Origin: Chlorokybus atmophyticus
Taxonomy: Eukaryota; Plantae; Mesostigma and Chlorokybus algae
NCBI GenBank assembly: GCA_009103225.1
Contig: RHPI01003533.1
Location: 223,950 to 287,949, forward strand
DNA length: 64,000 nt
Direction: 5' to 3'
The position numbers and the translations under genes were made by a program. The notes beneath the pieces are model-generated. The model saw only the letters and a list, made by a program, of their open reading frames with translations. It was not told the DNA's origin and ran no database searches. This document shows, piece by piece, positions 1 through 10,990 of this stretch. Every line of letters starts with the position of its first letter. Position 1 is the stretch's first letter.

Positions 1-9
1 ACACTGCAG

Positions 10-541
10 ACCCGGAGCGGAGGAGATACATCCATGAATGGGGCAATCCCATAATCTGGCAAATGATTGTGCAATGCTGGTCTTACGCCGTCACTACACC
101 TGGTCGCCGGCAGCTGACAGTCAACCACCTCGCATACCTGTTGCTTACGGTGAGCACTCTGAACTCCATCATTAGCAATTCAGGAACGCTGTAGCCCCAA
201 ACTACAGGCTTGCAGACGCGTTGCAGTGAATAGTGGCTTTCGATGCCACTAAGACATGCCTGTAAACTACGCAGGTGGAGCGCATCCTAAAGGGCAAGGA
301 TGGAGACCCTCTCCTAGCTGCCAGCATAGACACACATGAAGAGTACCTCAGCGAAATCAACACCATGATCATGTCAATGAAGCGGGAGATGAGGCAACGG
401 TACGCAGCCCTCCAGCCATTCACCCTTGTGAAACGCCGCACTGCATCTTGTGTCGAATACCTGAAAGATCCCAATCGGCGCCGGCCGCAAAAGACAGCAG
501 CTCGTGACCTGCTCGCTGAGGCAGAAGTGGCATTTGATTGA
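10..541 (+). CDS. 3' end of an unidentified spliced ORF (exons ~10-149 and 275-541), possibly transposon-encoded
   Basis: Phase-0 GT-AG intron 150-274 (ACG|gtgagc...acgcag|GTG) joins two open frames into PERRRYIHEWGNPIIWQ...LLLTVERILKGKDG...AEVAFD*. No family recognised. Confidence 0.35.
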
Positions 542-1044
542 CTGGCACAACCGTTTGAGGAGGAAGAGCAAGCTCCGGCGTCTCCTCCACAGGCCCCAGC
601 GCGTGGTGCTTTGTTCCGTAATGACAAGACCAGCGATGATTGAGAGGAGCTGTAGCGCAGTTGGTAGTCCGTTTAGCTGGTAGTGTACATAGCTACAAGG
701 CTCTTGTGACTGAGTGTTGTGCATCTTAAACCAGCTCAGTCAATCGTCATTATGCTCATGCACATCAATACTTGCATCCCTATGATATACAACAGAACTG
801 CATTCGAGTCACATAATCGAACTACAAGCCTTGGCAAGTGATTGAGAGGCACTGTACACATTTCAGGTACATGTACACAGCACAGGCACATAACAATGCT
901 GGAAGTCAGTGACAGCCGCGTGTAGTCAAGCTATGCAAATACATATGACGACAGTTAGGCATTGGTCACCTTCAGTTGTTAAAGAATGCCTTATTTTGTC
1001 GATGATTACCTAGTTGGTGCTTGTGAATTAGGCTTAGTCGCCTG

Positions 1045-1340
1045 CGCTGGACTGGTGTGTAACCAGCAGGTGCCTGTCACATAGGCTGAGTCACCTAAGT
1101 AAGACTGATGTGTAACTTACAGGTGCCCGTTGATTAGTTGTAGTCACCTAATAAGGCCTGATGTGTAACTAACAGTTGCCTGTAAATTACACAAAGTCAT
1201 TTGTTAAGGCCTGGTGTGTAACTAACAGGTGCCTGTTATTTATATAAAGTCACCTGTTAAGGCCTGATAGGTAACTATCAGGCGCCTGTTAGTTAGGCAT
1301 AGTCAACTGTTAAAGACTAAATTGTAACAAAAAGGGCCTT
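1045..1340. repeat. Degenerate ~53-bp tandem array (~5-6 units)
   Basis: Recurrent aggcctgatgtgtaactaacaggtgcctgt...agtcacct at ~53-bp period. Confidence 0.75.
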
Positions 1341-1361
1341 ACAGTAACGAAAGTTACTATT

Positions 1362-2801
1362 AGGTCCCTGTATCAAGATTACAGGTGGCCTGAGCCACGA
1401 CAGTCAAAATTAGCGTCCTCAGGTGCACAGCCGTTGCCAATATTTAGTCGGCCTGCAGGGAAAACATATTGCAAGTTGCCGGTCATGACCTTCAAGCAAC
1501 ATGAGATGACGGCCGACCGTCGATCGTACAGGACACGTGGCGGCTACTTACTTATAATAGCAATCAAGTGACCTCTCGGGCCCCTAATGGCGACAAATGA
1601 TACCCATTAGTCCCCTTTTACCGGCGGCCGGCCACCGACCGTACAAGCCCGCGGCGGCGACATGTTCGAATTGGTAAGCAAGTCTCCGCTTAGGCCCAAC
1701 TTAGGGACGAGCGATGGCGGCGAGTTTGGACAGTGACATAAAAGTCCGGAACAGTTGACTGGAACACTTAATGCACTCATGGTACCATTGCGATAGTACC
1801 ATTATACCATGGCACAATCGTACCAGTTGATAGTACGATAGCGCCATTGAAGCTGTTGAGCGTTTGAGCGTTTGAAACGCTGCTGCCCAAGTAGCAACGC
1901 TTTAAACGCACAGCGGCTTCAAGCAAGTTGGGCAAGGGGGCGGCGGCGGTGGTGGCGGCGGCGGCGGCGGCGGCCACCATGGCAAAGTAGGTGAGACTGT
2001 TTGCATATGTATATACGTGTAGATGCCGTTGTGTTGAGCGCAATAGCGCAGCCTCACCGCCCTGCTTGCCGAGCAAACCAGGCCGACCAATCCAGGCCAG
2101 GCCAGGCCAGGGGGCGGCGGCGGCGGCAATGGCATAGTAGGTGAGTTTGTTTGTGTATGTGTGTGTATGTACAATGCCGTTGTGTTGCGTAACAGCCCAA
2201 CCGCTCTACTTGCTAAGTAGGCGGAGGTGCTAAAGCGGCGACAAGACGGCGGCGGAGGAGGAAAAGCGGCGGCGCAGGAGCGGAGGAGCGGAGGAGCGGT
2301 GACTTAGTACAAGGGTAGTATAAGGGTAGTGGAGTAGTAGAAGTAGTAGTAGTAGCAGTTCACAGTATACTATAGCAACAGCATATAATGTATTAATAAT
2401 GTATCATTATTTTTGAATTGCAGTTTTGCTTGTCACATGCCGTCTCTCACAGTACCTGAACGGTATTTGTTGGTACCTTCGAAAGTAACGTTAGGTACCA
2501 TAAGATACTTTACAGATACCTGATAGTTAGGTATCTTTGACGTAAAGTCGCTTGTACCTCACCGTTGGGTATCGGTTAGTCAGGTCAAGTCCCCTCTACT
2601 TCACTGATGGGTACCTGTAAGGTACCCATCAGTTAGGGTCAGTCCCTTTATGCAGACGGCCGCCGACTGAAGATAACGGCCGTTATACTCAGGTCTCTGT
2701 AACGAGATTACAGGTGGACTGAGCCACGACAATCTAAATAAGTATCCTCAGGTGCACGGCCGTTGCCAATGTTTAATCGACCGGCAGGGGAAACATTTTG
2801 C
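1362..2801 (+). repeat. 111-bp direct repeat pair (1362-1472 and 2691-2801)
   Basis: Ungapped manual alignment, about 16 mismatches in 111 bp; core gattacaggtgg.ctgagccacgac...tcctcaggtgcac.gccgttgccaat. Confidence 0.85.
1935..2200 (+). repeat. Two ~140-bp tandem units with (GGC)n heads
   Basis: ggcggcggc...atggca.agtaggtgag..tgtttg..tatgt...atgccgttgtgttg occurs at ~1940 and ~2110. Confidence 0.65.
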
Positions 2802-3319
2802 GAAACAAAAAAATGACAGACTCGAGTTTACGTAAGTCATTCTGACTTACGTTTCAAGCGCACGGCAATACGTATCTTGATGCGTAAGTCTGTTCGTATT
2901 ACCCTAGCTGCGCCGCCAAATGTTCAACGGTTAGTTGCAGCAAGTGGGCGCTGGCGGTGCTGACAGCGGCGCCAGCGACGCCAGCGGCGCCAATGGTGGC
3001 AACCGCCGGCGCTACCTTGGACGCGCATACGACGACGCCGCCAGCATCAAGTTGCGCTGGCTGGCAACGGCGGCGGCGAACCCGATGGCAAGTGTGAATG
3101 GTTTGGTCTGGCCTGGCCTGGCCAGCCAACGGCAACAACACCGCCGGGAAGGCCAATAACGGCAAGGCCAAGTGAGTTGTTCACTTTTCATGGTGTCATT
3201 GTCTTGTATCTTGCATTAATCACTCGTAGGTGCTGTGAACACTTGCAAGTATTGTGGCTTTAACCTGTCGATGCAGGTTAGTTCGCCGTACATGGTTTGT
3301 TTGATCCAATGCAGAAGGT

Positions 3320-4280
3320 CCGTTCTTGTGCCTTCTCCTTTCCCCTCATTGGTCTGAACATGCGTGCGCATGTTTCTGCCACTGCGCACCTACATGTGCC
3401 TTTCTTGGTTCTTGTCTTCATGCTTCACGCTTATCATAAGGATTGCGTTCACTTGCAAAAGCTCAGCATCCTTGCAGCTGTGGCTTTGCATTACAATCAA
3501 TAATAACAAGGTGTGTCGTTCACATTGCACAATCTTGGTTTTAATACCTCCTCTCTTCCCCTCATCTGCCTTGTCACATACGTGAGCTTGCATCTGCTTG
3601 CATTGCATACGTTTACACGTAATATCTTAATTCTCGGCTTCATGTTTATATTGATCAATTGCAGGAGTTATGCATCCTTAAAACTGTGGCTCGCCTTGCA
3701 AACAATGAAAACAAGGTGTGTTGTTCACATTGTCTTGTCCTTGTATTAATGCCTTCTCCGTCCCCTCATCTGCCTTGTCACATGTGCGCATGCTTCCGCC
3801 TGCACTGCGCACAGCATGTGCTTGTCTTGGTTCCTGCCTTCATATTTACGTTGATCTTTCTGCAGAAGGTATGCACTCTTGCAATTGTGGCTCTCGCCTT
3901 CAACAAGGTGTGTTGTTCACATTGCCTTGTCCTTGTATTAATGCCTTCTCCTTCCCCTCATCTGCCTTGTCACATGTGCGCATGCATCTGCCTGCACTGC
4001 GCGCATCATGTGCTTGTCATGGTTCCTCATACTTACGTTAATCTTTCTGCAGAAGGTATGCATCCTTGCAACTGTGTGTGGCTCTCGCCTTACAAGCAAT
4101 GCAAACAAGGTGAGTTGTTCACACTGCCGTGTCCTTGTGTGTGTGTTTATGCCTTCTCACTTCCCCTCATCTGCCTGCACTGCGTACATGTGGTTGCCTT
4201 GGTCCTTGTTTAGATGCAGCAAGTCCATTGTTTTCCCTTCCCCTCATCCGCCTTGTCACTCGTGCGCATGCGCGCATTTG
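3320..4280 (+). repeat. Degenerate ~200-bp tandem array (~5 units)
   Basis: gccttctc...tcccctcatctgccttgtcacat recurs at ~3329, 3544, 3750, 3941, 4150 and partially 4231; acaaggtgtgt.gttcacattg also recurs. Confidence 0.8.
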
Positions 4281-6399
4281 CCTGCACGCGTACGCACAAC
4301 AATGCACGAGTAGGTAGAGTGTGCACACCGCTCCCCCTATGCTCTTACACGCCATTGTTTGCGATATTGTTATGGTGTGACTCAATTGTTATGCCCGGTT
4401 CAGGGGAGTGCTGCGAGTGCGCGAGGCTGTACAAGTTGTGGCGTGGTATTGCCTACCATTAATGACCTCGCAAGCTGCTACACGGCAACCTAGCGTATGT
4501 CTAGTTAGCGCTTTGGCTAGTAGTCTTGGCACTTTGTAAGCTCTAGTAAATATCTGATCTCTGTTAGAAGATGGCTTGCATAATTGCACTGTTAAGTGCA
4601 TCTTATGAACAAGTTCGGTCAGCTTGAAATGGCTGAGTCCTTAGTACTAGTGGTTATGGTATAAGGACTAATATGGAGCAGTTGTCAGTCCAATGGCCGA
4701 TATCTGAACAGTGTGCAACGCGAAGTGTGAGCAAGCCCGAAGACTCCGGACTTGGCTAAGTCTGGCGCAGGCTGGCGCAGCCTAGAGCTCCAGAAAGATA
4801 GCAAGAACTCCGTGTGTAGTTAGTCTTATGGCGCATGGCATAGCTTGTTTAAAAGCGTGTGAAGCTAGCTATGTGGCAAAACTTACAGCGCCGCGTTTAG
4901 CTGAGTATGAATTACGTGGTGATTGCTAAAGTAAGCGTGTGTAGAGATTGGTGGGGTACAAAACCCCGTGAACCCATGGTAATTGAGGCTTGTTGTGCGT
5001 GCTTATGCTCATGGTTTATGTTGTGCCTTCTCTCATCGTGGCTTGTACTCCGCATGCTATTGAACACCATGAGACCATGTCATGCTGTCTCATGCACTGT
5101 CTCTCATCACATGGTAGACACACACAATGAAAGATGCGTGTCACCGTGCAAAAGGTAGTGCAAGATGACCATACTAGACTTGCAATTAGCCGGTCACTTG
5201 TGTAGAGCAGTCCAAACTCAATCCTCACTCTAAGTACATGCTAAGGCAGCCCATACGGTGCATCAAAGTCGCAACAGTGACGCACAACCCTTCATGCACA
5301 GCAACGCACAGCAATGAACACGTGCACACACGCCATACATACAAGCATGTGCACAAGCATCCGCTCAGCCAAGAACCTCTTCCCAAAGGTGTTGCTTGCA
5401 CTGCAGTAGGCCAACTTGCATCCAACCAAACTAGGAAACAAGCTAGCAAAGCCTTATGTATCACCGTTGAGCCCAAGCTCAACCAACTCTCCAACTACCC
5501 TAACTGTCAGTCTGCACCAGCATAGTAACAGTCATGATGGCGTTGATAAGTAACGGTAGACTGTTAGGAAAGGCTTATCCAAGCTCAATCTCTTCAAGTA
5601 CACTTCAAGGCGCGCCTTTTGACGCCACCCCACGGCCAAACCGCCACTCTAACTGTAAGTTATGGCTTCTCAATGTCACAATTCCAAAACAGCCGCGCGG
5701 GATACCATAATGACTCAAATATGCTGTCAGCTCGGTATCTGACTGGAGATACGCCTCAAACACACCTCCCTCACGTTCGTGAGGACCCAAACATGAGTTT
5801 TCAACGAAAACCCAACACATAAAGTTTGTAAAATGGCTATGAGAGCCGAAATCCCAAGGTCCATCCATGCCGCCAGCATCGACGGCACCAAGCACATGAC
5901 ACTACATGCTCGCGCATGACACTTAGCATGCGTGTGCGTATCAGTGTTTGCACCAGCTCCATGCATGTGTAGAACTTTGTCCAAATCTTAATCGCTCTGT
6001 GTAATAGCTGTTTCTGGAACTAAACAGTCTCTTCATTTTTGTTTAATATTTGTCTGGTTGCTTGGCACTCTGTCAGATCTGGTCTTCATCTATCTAATCC
6101 ACAACACACCTGATTTTGCATCTAGGTAACCCTAGTTCTTAGCTAGTGTTTTATTTATATTGTATCTGTTCGCTGCAAGGTAAACACTCTAGTCATACCC
6201 TATTGTTGCCTAGTCGAGTATTTTGTTTATACATTGAGCTAGGTGCTGGCTAGATCTTGACTAGGGTAAACCCTTATTTCAAAACAAGATATGTAATTCC
6301 ATATCTACCCATCATCTTATAAAGTCTCACAATCAGCTAGTTTTGTCTAGTCCACTCCAGCCAACTAGGCCTCAGCTAGGTGCAGACTAGGTAATCATT

Positions 6400-7330
6400 T
6401 AGCGAAGCGCGTTGCTTGTCCTGTTGTTGCACAGTTTTACGTTGCTAAAGCCATGAGCTCGGATGCCTTAAGTATTGTAGCATGGGATGTAAACACCTCC
6501 ATTATGTGAATGGGTTTGTTTCATCATAAGGTCTTCCACTGCTTGCGTGGCGTGACGGATGTGAAAAGGTGAGAGAGGTTTTCTCCAAAAAATGAGGAAA
6601 TATGGGTTGAAGAAATGCAATGCTGCTTGCCTTGTGCAGCGGTACCTAAGCGCCAGCCAAGGCGGAAAATCGTCCCACTCTTCGTGCTGGTGGGTTACAT
6701 TTTAGCGCCAAAGAGCTTTCTTGACTGTCTGCACCATCCTTTTTGCATGGACATCAGCCTGCGGATGATCACGGCTCGTGCGGCGATGAACAATGAGTGA
6801 ACGGTTTTAAGAGCAGGGTGTCGAATTCCCCTTGCAATTCGGTGCCGTTGTCGGTGAGGAGCTGTGCGCAAGCGCAAATCTGCTGAGGTTGTGCTCAAGG
6901 TAGGCCTAAGTCACCGTAGATGCGGTCTTGTCTGGCAGAGGTATTAACTTTACGCACTTGCTGAAGTGCTCAATGGCGACGAGTGTGTATACGTTGCCAC
7001 GACGCGTAATTGGCAGCTCCGAGCGGCATTTGTGATGAGTAGCTTACTAGGTTCATACTTCAGCGGTAGCCAAGTCCACGATGGGCAAGGGATGAAGCAA
7101 AGGGTGGCGTTGTGAAAAGCTGGTTTGGACGCAATCACAGGACTTACACTGTCTTAATATCTCCGCGACATTGCGTGCAAGCCCGTTTCATCAATGGCCA
7201 CTACGTACCTTGTTGGCGGTGCGCTTCATGCCGAAGTGTCTCAGCTGGTGATGAAAGTTAGCGATAATGGACGCCCGGCGGTAGGGTGGAAACCTTCTAG
7301 CGCTGGCCATCGCTCATGATATTCTAGAGG
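6400..7330 (-). pseudogene. Gypsy integrase (disrupted)
   Basis: HHCC finger FHHQLRHFG...QCKSCDC; core GNVYTLVAIEHFSK, LLTDNGTE, RRTSRDHPQAD..KRMVQTVKKAL; multiple stops and frameshifts. Confidence 0.9.
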
Positions 7331-7599
7331 GCATCGTTGTCTCAAGTGCAGTTGTTTGCTCGGTGCTGAGTTCGGTTAGTCTCTTTGCGGTCCCACCTAG
7401 GAGGCAAAGCTCATGTTTGGATCAGCTGCAAGATGGGCTCATCTATCCAAATGTCTCCTTCACTTGCAGGATGTATGGTGGCCCGGAGCACTTGGTTGCG
7501 GGCCTCGGCGCGTATGCCGGCTGCGATGACTAACATGGCGTGCTTGCAAAGCGTGTCACCGTCATATTGTGAACCAATGGCATCCGCCATGTCGGGTTG

Positions 7600-8810
7600 G
7601 GATTGCGATTCACGCCTTCAGCATCAGTGTTGACAATGCCTGGCTTGTGGGTAGTGCAAAAGTCGTATTCTTGTAGCAGACCCCAGCGTGCGTGCTTGCC
7701 AACGAGTTTGTTGCTGGTGAGAAGCCACTGCAGGGGCTGATGGTCAATGACCAGCTCAAGCTGGTAGCAAAATAAGAATGGCCGAAAAAACTAGATGGCC
7801 CAAACAGTTGCAAGCTACTCCCCTTCATAGCTGCTGTAGTTGGCTTCCGCAACGTTATTGTTCCAACTAGCGTAAGCAATGACTTGTTCCTTGCCTTTGT
7901 TGTTCTTCTGGCAAAGCACCGCACCCAGCCAAAGCCGACTCCAGTCCATATGCAGGATGAAAGGCTTGCTGTAGTCAGGGCGCCAGGATGGGAGTCGAGT
8001 TCAGGTGGCTATTAAGTGCCTCGAAGGCCTGCTGCTCGGCTTCCCCCCAATGCCAAGTGATGGCTTTTGTTCTCAAGTCGTTGAAAGGTTCGGCCAACCT
8101 GCAGAAGTCAAGGACAAACCGACAGTAGTAATTGGCAAGACAAAGGAAGACACGAAGGCGCGAGATGTCCATGGGTAGTGCCACCTTCAGCAACGCATCC
8201 ACCTTTGCCTCCTGCACCATCACTCCGTCGGGGACAATGAGGTGAGAAAAGAAGGTACACTTCTCACGATGTGCCGTGAGCCCGTGCTCCTTTAGTCAGT
8301 GCAACACCTCCTTGATGTGTTGCAGGTGAGATTTAGCGGTGTGGTAAAAATTGAGAATGTCATCGATGTAGCACGTGGAGTTGTGTAACCATGCAGGGTT
8401 CTATCCATCACTCATTGAAAGTCAGAGGGTTAAACCAAAAGGCATAACCTTCCACAGATATAATGTCCAATTGTCCCCCTAGTCTCCACACATGCGACGA
8501 TGCGTCCACTGTCCTTGCTCATCCCTCTTCAAGGGCATTACGGTAGCAGCTGCATATTGCGTTCTCGGTGCTGCCTCCTCAATAAAGCATGCGTCCAACA
8601 ACTTCTTGCAGTTGGTTACAATCACCTCTATCTCCACTTTGGCTAGTGGGTGTTGCTTGTGGAAAATGGAACCGGGAGTGTCCAAGTCGATTGTAAACTC
8701 GTGTAAACTCGAAGTTGCACCCGCCCAAGTTTTTAAGAAAGTGAGCAAACTGTGTCTTATGCTCTTGGAGAAGAGACTTGAGCTTGTTCTCAACGTCGCC
8801 AAAGGCCATA
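7600..8810 (-). pseudogene. Gypsy reverse transcriptase + RNase H (disrupted)
   Basis: RRMCGD; YIDD at 8359-8370; LRVFLCLANYYCRFV; WGEAEQQAFEAL; PDYSKPFILHMDWS; AYAS; NYSSYEGE; IDHQPLQWL. Confidence 0.92.
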
Positions 8811-8969
8811 CAACAGATGCGCCAACCCTCTGCTCAGGTGCGTCGTTGTGAGCAATGGCGAGTGCTTTTTCAAGTGCTTCAAGCTCAATGCGTGTACAGC
8901 AATAAAGACAAATGATGGGTCGCTTATCTTAATGTTCGGACGGGTTGACCTGGCATGTAGTGTTATGAA

Positions 8970-9930
8970 GGGCCAAGCATGCCTCCATTAGCCAAATCAT
9001 GCTATTCTGGTCTATGGCGCGATCAAGTAACTCACGACACTCGCGCTCTGCGAGCTTTGGCGCTAGGTGATGGCTTAAGGTTAAAAGCCCATAGCCAGTT
9101 CGCATTCAGTAGCAAGAGGTTTGCGAAGACAATTGAGATAACTATCCCCAACCATACCGATGTTGCCGTTGCGAAAGGAATGTGAGCCTGGGTTAGCCAT
9201 AAATGTCGGCAAGGCGGCCATGGGATGTCCCACCTTCTGACATTGGTGAAAGTGTTTGTTTTTCGGCCAAGTCACTAGTTGAGGAGTCGCTCCAGCAGTC
9301 AGGATGTCCTGGACTAGTAAGGTAGGGGGCCTAATGAATAGGAGCTGTGCCGCTGCCAAGTTCTGCAAAGTGGCAAGGTTTGTCCATTTGCTTCGCAAAC
9401 GGTGCACACGAGAGTCGTGAGCGGCGTCCACAACAACAGGTTTGCCGAGCACAGTGCATACTTGTTCACAGTTGGTGCATACGTTGCTATGCCGCTCATC
9501 CTGAGCACATACAAATTCAAGAATGTATGTGCTCAAGGGCCTGTCCGGCAGCTGTTGCTGAAGCGTGCGGACGATGCGGACCAATCCCCTAAACAGCTTG
9601 AATCTCGGGTCTTAAAAGGCTTGCGGCCTGAGTTCCTTGCCAGCTCGCGAATGCCCTTAACATTCCCATCCTGCGATGATGATGTCAACACCTCCCCCTG
9701 TTATGAGTCGGATGTCCTAAGGCAAGGCGCGAAGTCTGCTTGCAGCTCAGCTGTACAATAGGCTCCAGCAGTGGGAACATCTTGCGCATTTGAAGCAGGT
9801 TGTGAGCCACTGCTGTTTGTGCTTGCTTGCTTGGGTCGCAGTAGAAGAACTTGCTGACTAGTACGCCCTCACTCAACATCGACGCCAAGCCGCTGTCAAC
9901 TCCTCCAAATAATTTTAAGACAATAATGCC
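8970..9930 (-). pseudogene. C5-cytosine DNA methyltransferase domain inside the retrotransposon pol (disrupted)
   Basis: Ordered motifs: I IVLKLFGGVDSG (LFGG 9901-9912); II FFYCD; LP*DI; IV VDIIIAGWEC*GHSRAG (9657-9674) then DPRFKLF; VI YILEFV; VIII HRLRSKWTNL (~9378-9406); IX ECELAMGF (~9084-9107); X RELLDRAID (~9010-9040). At least two frameshifts and several stops. Confidence 0.85.
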
Positions 9931-10255
9931 GTTGCGTTGCTGTGTTGTTAAAGGTACGGTAGACATGTCCAACTGGCAAAGAAGATCGCTAGGAACAAGT
10001 TGTAAGTTAATTGGTGATGTTGCCACTCGTGTTGTTATTGCCCGCGCGAGTCGGCAAAGTGCAGGGTCTTGCTTAGCTACTTCGCGAGGAGCATCGAGTG
10101 ATGGAGTGTACGTGTTACCACGTACTCTATGCGTGGGTTGCTTGATGTAAAAGCGGCAGTAGCCACTCCCGCTTGTGTGGCTCAAGCAATTCTTTCCAAG
10201 GACGAGTGCGAAAGCGTCATCCATACACTTGTAAATAAATACCCCCCCCCCCCCC

Positions 10256-10349
10256 NNNNNNNNNNNNNNNNNNNNNNNNNNNNNNNNNNNNNNNNNNNNN
10301 NNNNNNNNNNNNNNNNNNNNNNNNNNNNNNNNNNNNNNNNNNNNNNNNN
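10256..10349. other. Assembly gap (others at 47449-47679, 50915-51011, 61001-61153)
   Basis: Runs of N, each flanked by C-rich tracts. Confidence 1.
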
Positions 10350-10499
10350 CCCCCACCCCACACATCTCAGCTCTAACCCAAAACTTGCGAATAGCGGTGT
10401 GTAGCGCCTAAGGCGCGACCTGATCCTCCATGGGAAGGTGCAAGCTGTAACGTAGGGCGGCGTTGGCGCGTCAGGTAGGAATGGTTGTAAGAGGATAAT

Positions 10500-10990
10500 G
10501 TGAAGAGGTGCGTAGGGGAATGGCTGTGGGGGTTCCATCTCACTAATGCCAGCGTGGTCGGAAGGTTGCGTGCTCTGTCTATATGTCGATTCGTGCGCCG
10601 ATAGGAAACAAGGCCTCCATGCCAATAAGTATGTTAAACATCCCTGAAGCAGAGATGAGGCAGAACACATTCAGAACGATGGTCGCAGCCCGTTTGTAGC
10701 TAGTGAAGCAGCGCAACGGTATGCGTGTCTCTTCTTGATGGTCTTCAAACCGCCTTGGGCGGTGCGAATCTCATGAAAGGACTCGTCTAAATTCTCGAGA
10801 TGGAAGCCGATGTAATCGTTCAGCAGCTCGTTTGCCCAAGATGACTGGATGGGCGCTAGTGTCAAACAACACAGGGCGAGGAGACCAAGGGTGGTGCGCA
10901 AAAGCTTTACATGGCCCACAAGGTTGTTGACCATGCCAATGTTTGGGCAGAAGCAGAGCCGATCCAGTGTCTAGGGTGGGCCGCAAAGGT
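10500..10990 (-). pseudogene. Retropepsin-like aspartic protease (disrupted)
   Basis: LDTGS at 10960-10974 and C-terminal NILIGMEALFPIGARIDI at ~10580-10635, in different frames. Confidence 0.65.

Noticed and set aside
1045-4280. CRISPR-like reading of the 53-bp and ~200-bp arrays
   Set aside because: Whole units are degenerate copies with no unique spacers; eukaryotic context and no cas genes.
4300-6400. LTR-like, CTAG-rich sequence that might be the 3' LTR of the DNMT-Gypsy
   Set aside because: No similarity found by eye to 15150-15750 or elsewhere, and no PPT or TSD identified.
8970-9930. Alternative genetic code (TAA/TAG = Gln, as in some ulvophytes) to explain stops at Gln positions
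   Set aside because: MCCB ends with TAA right after its conserved C-terminal FRM, the ferroportin ends with TAG, host exons contain no in-frame TAA/TAG, and the element also has frameshifts and TGA stops.
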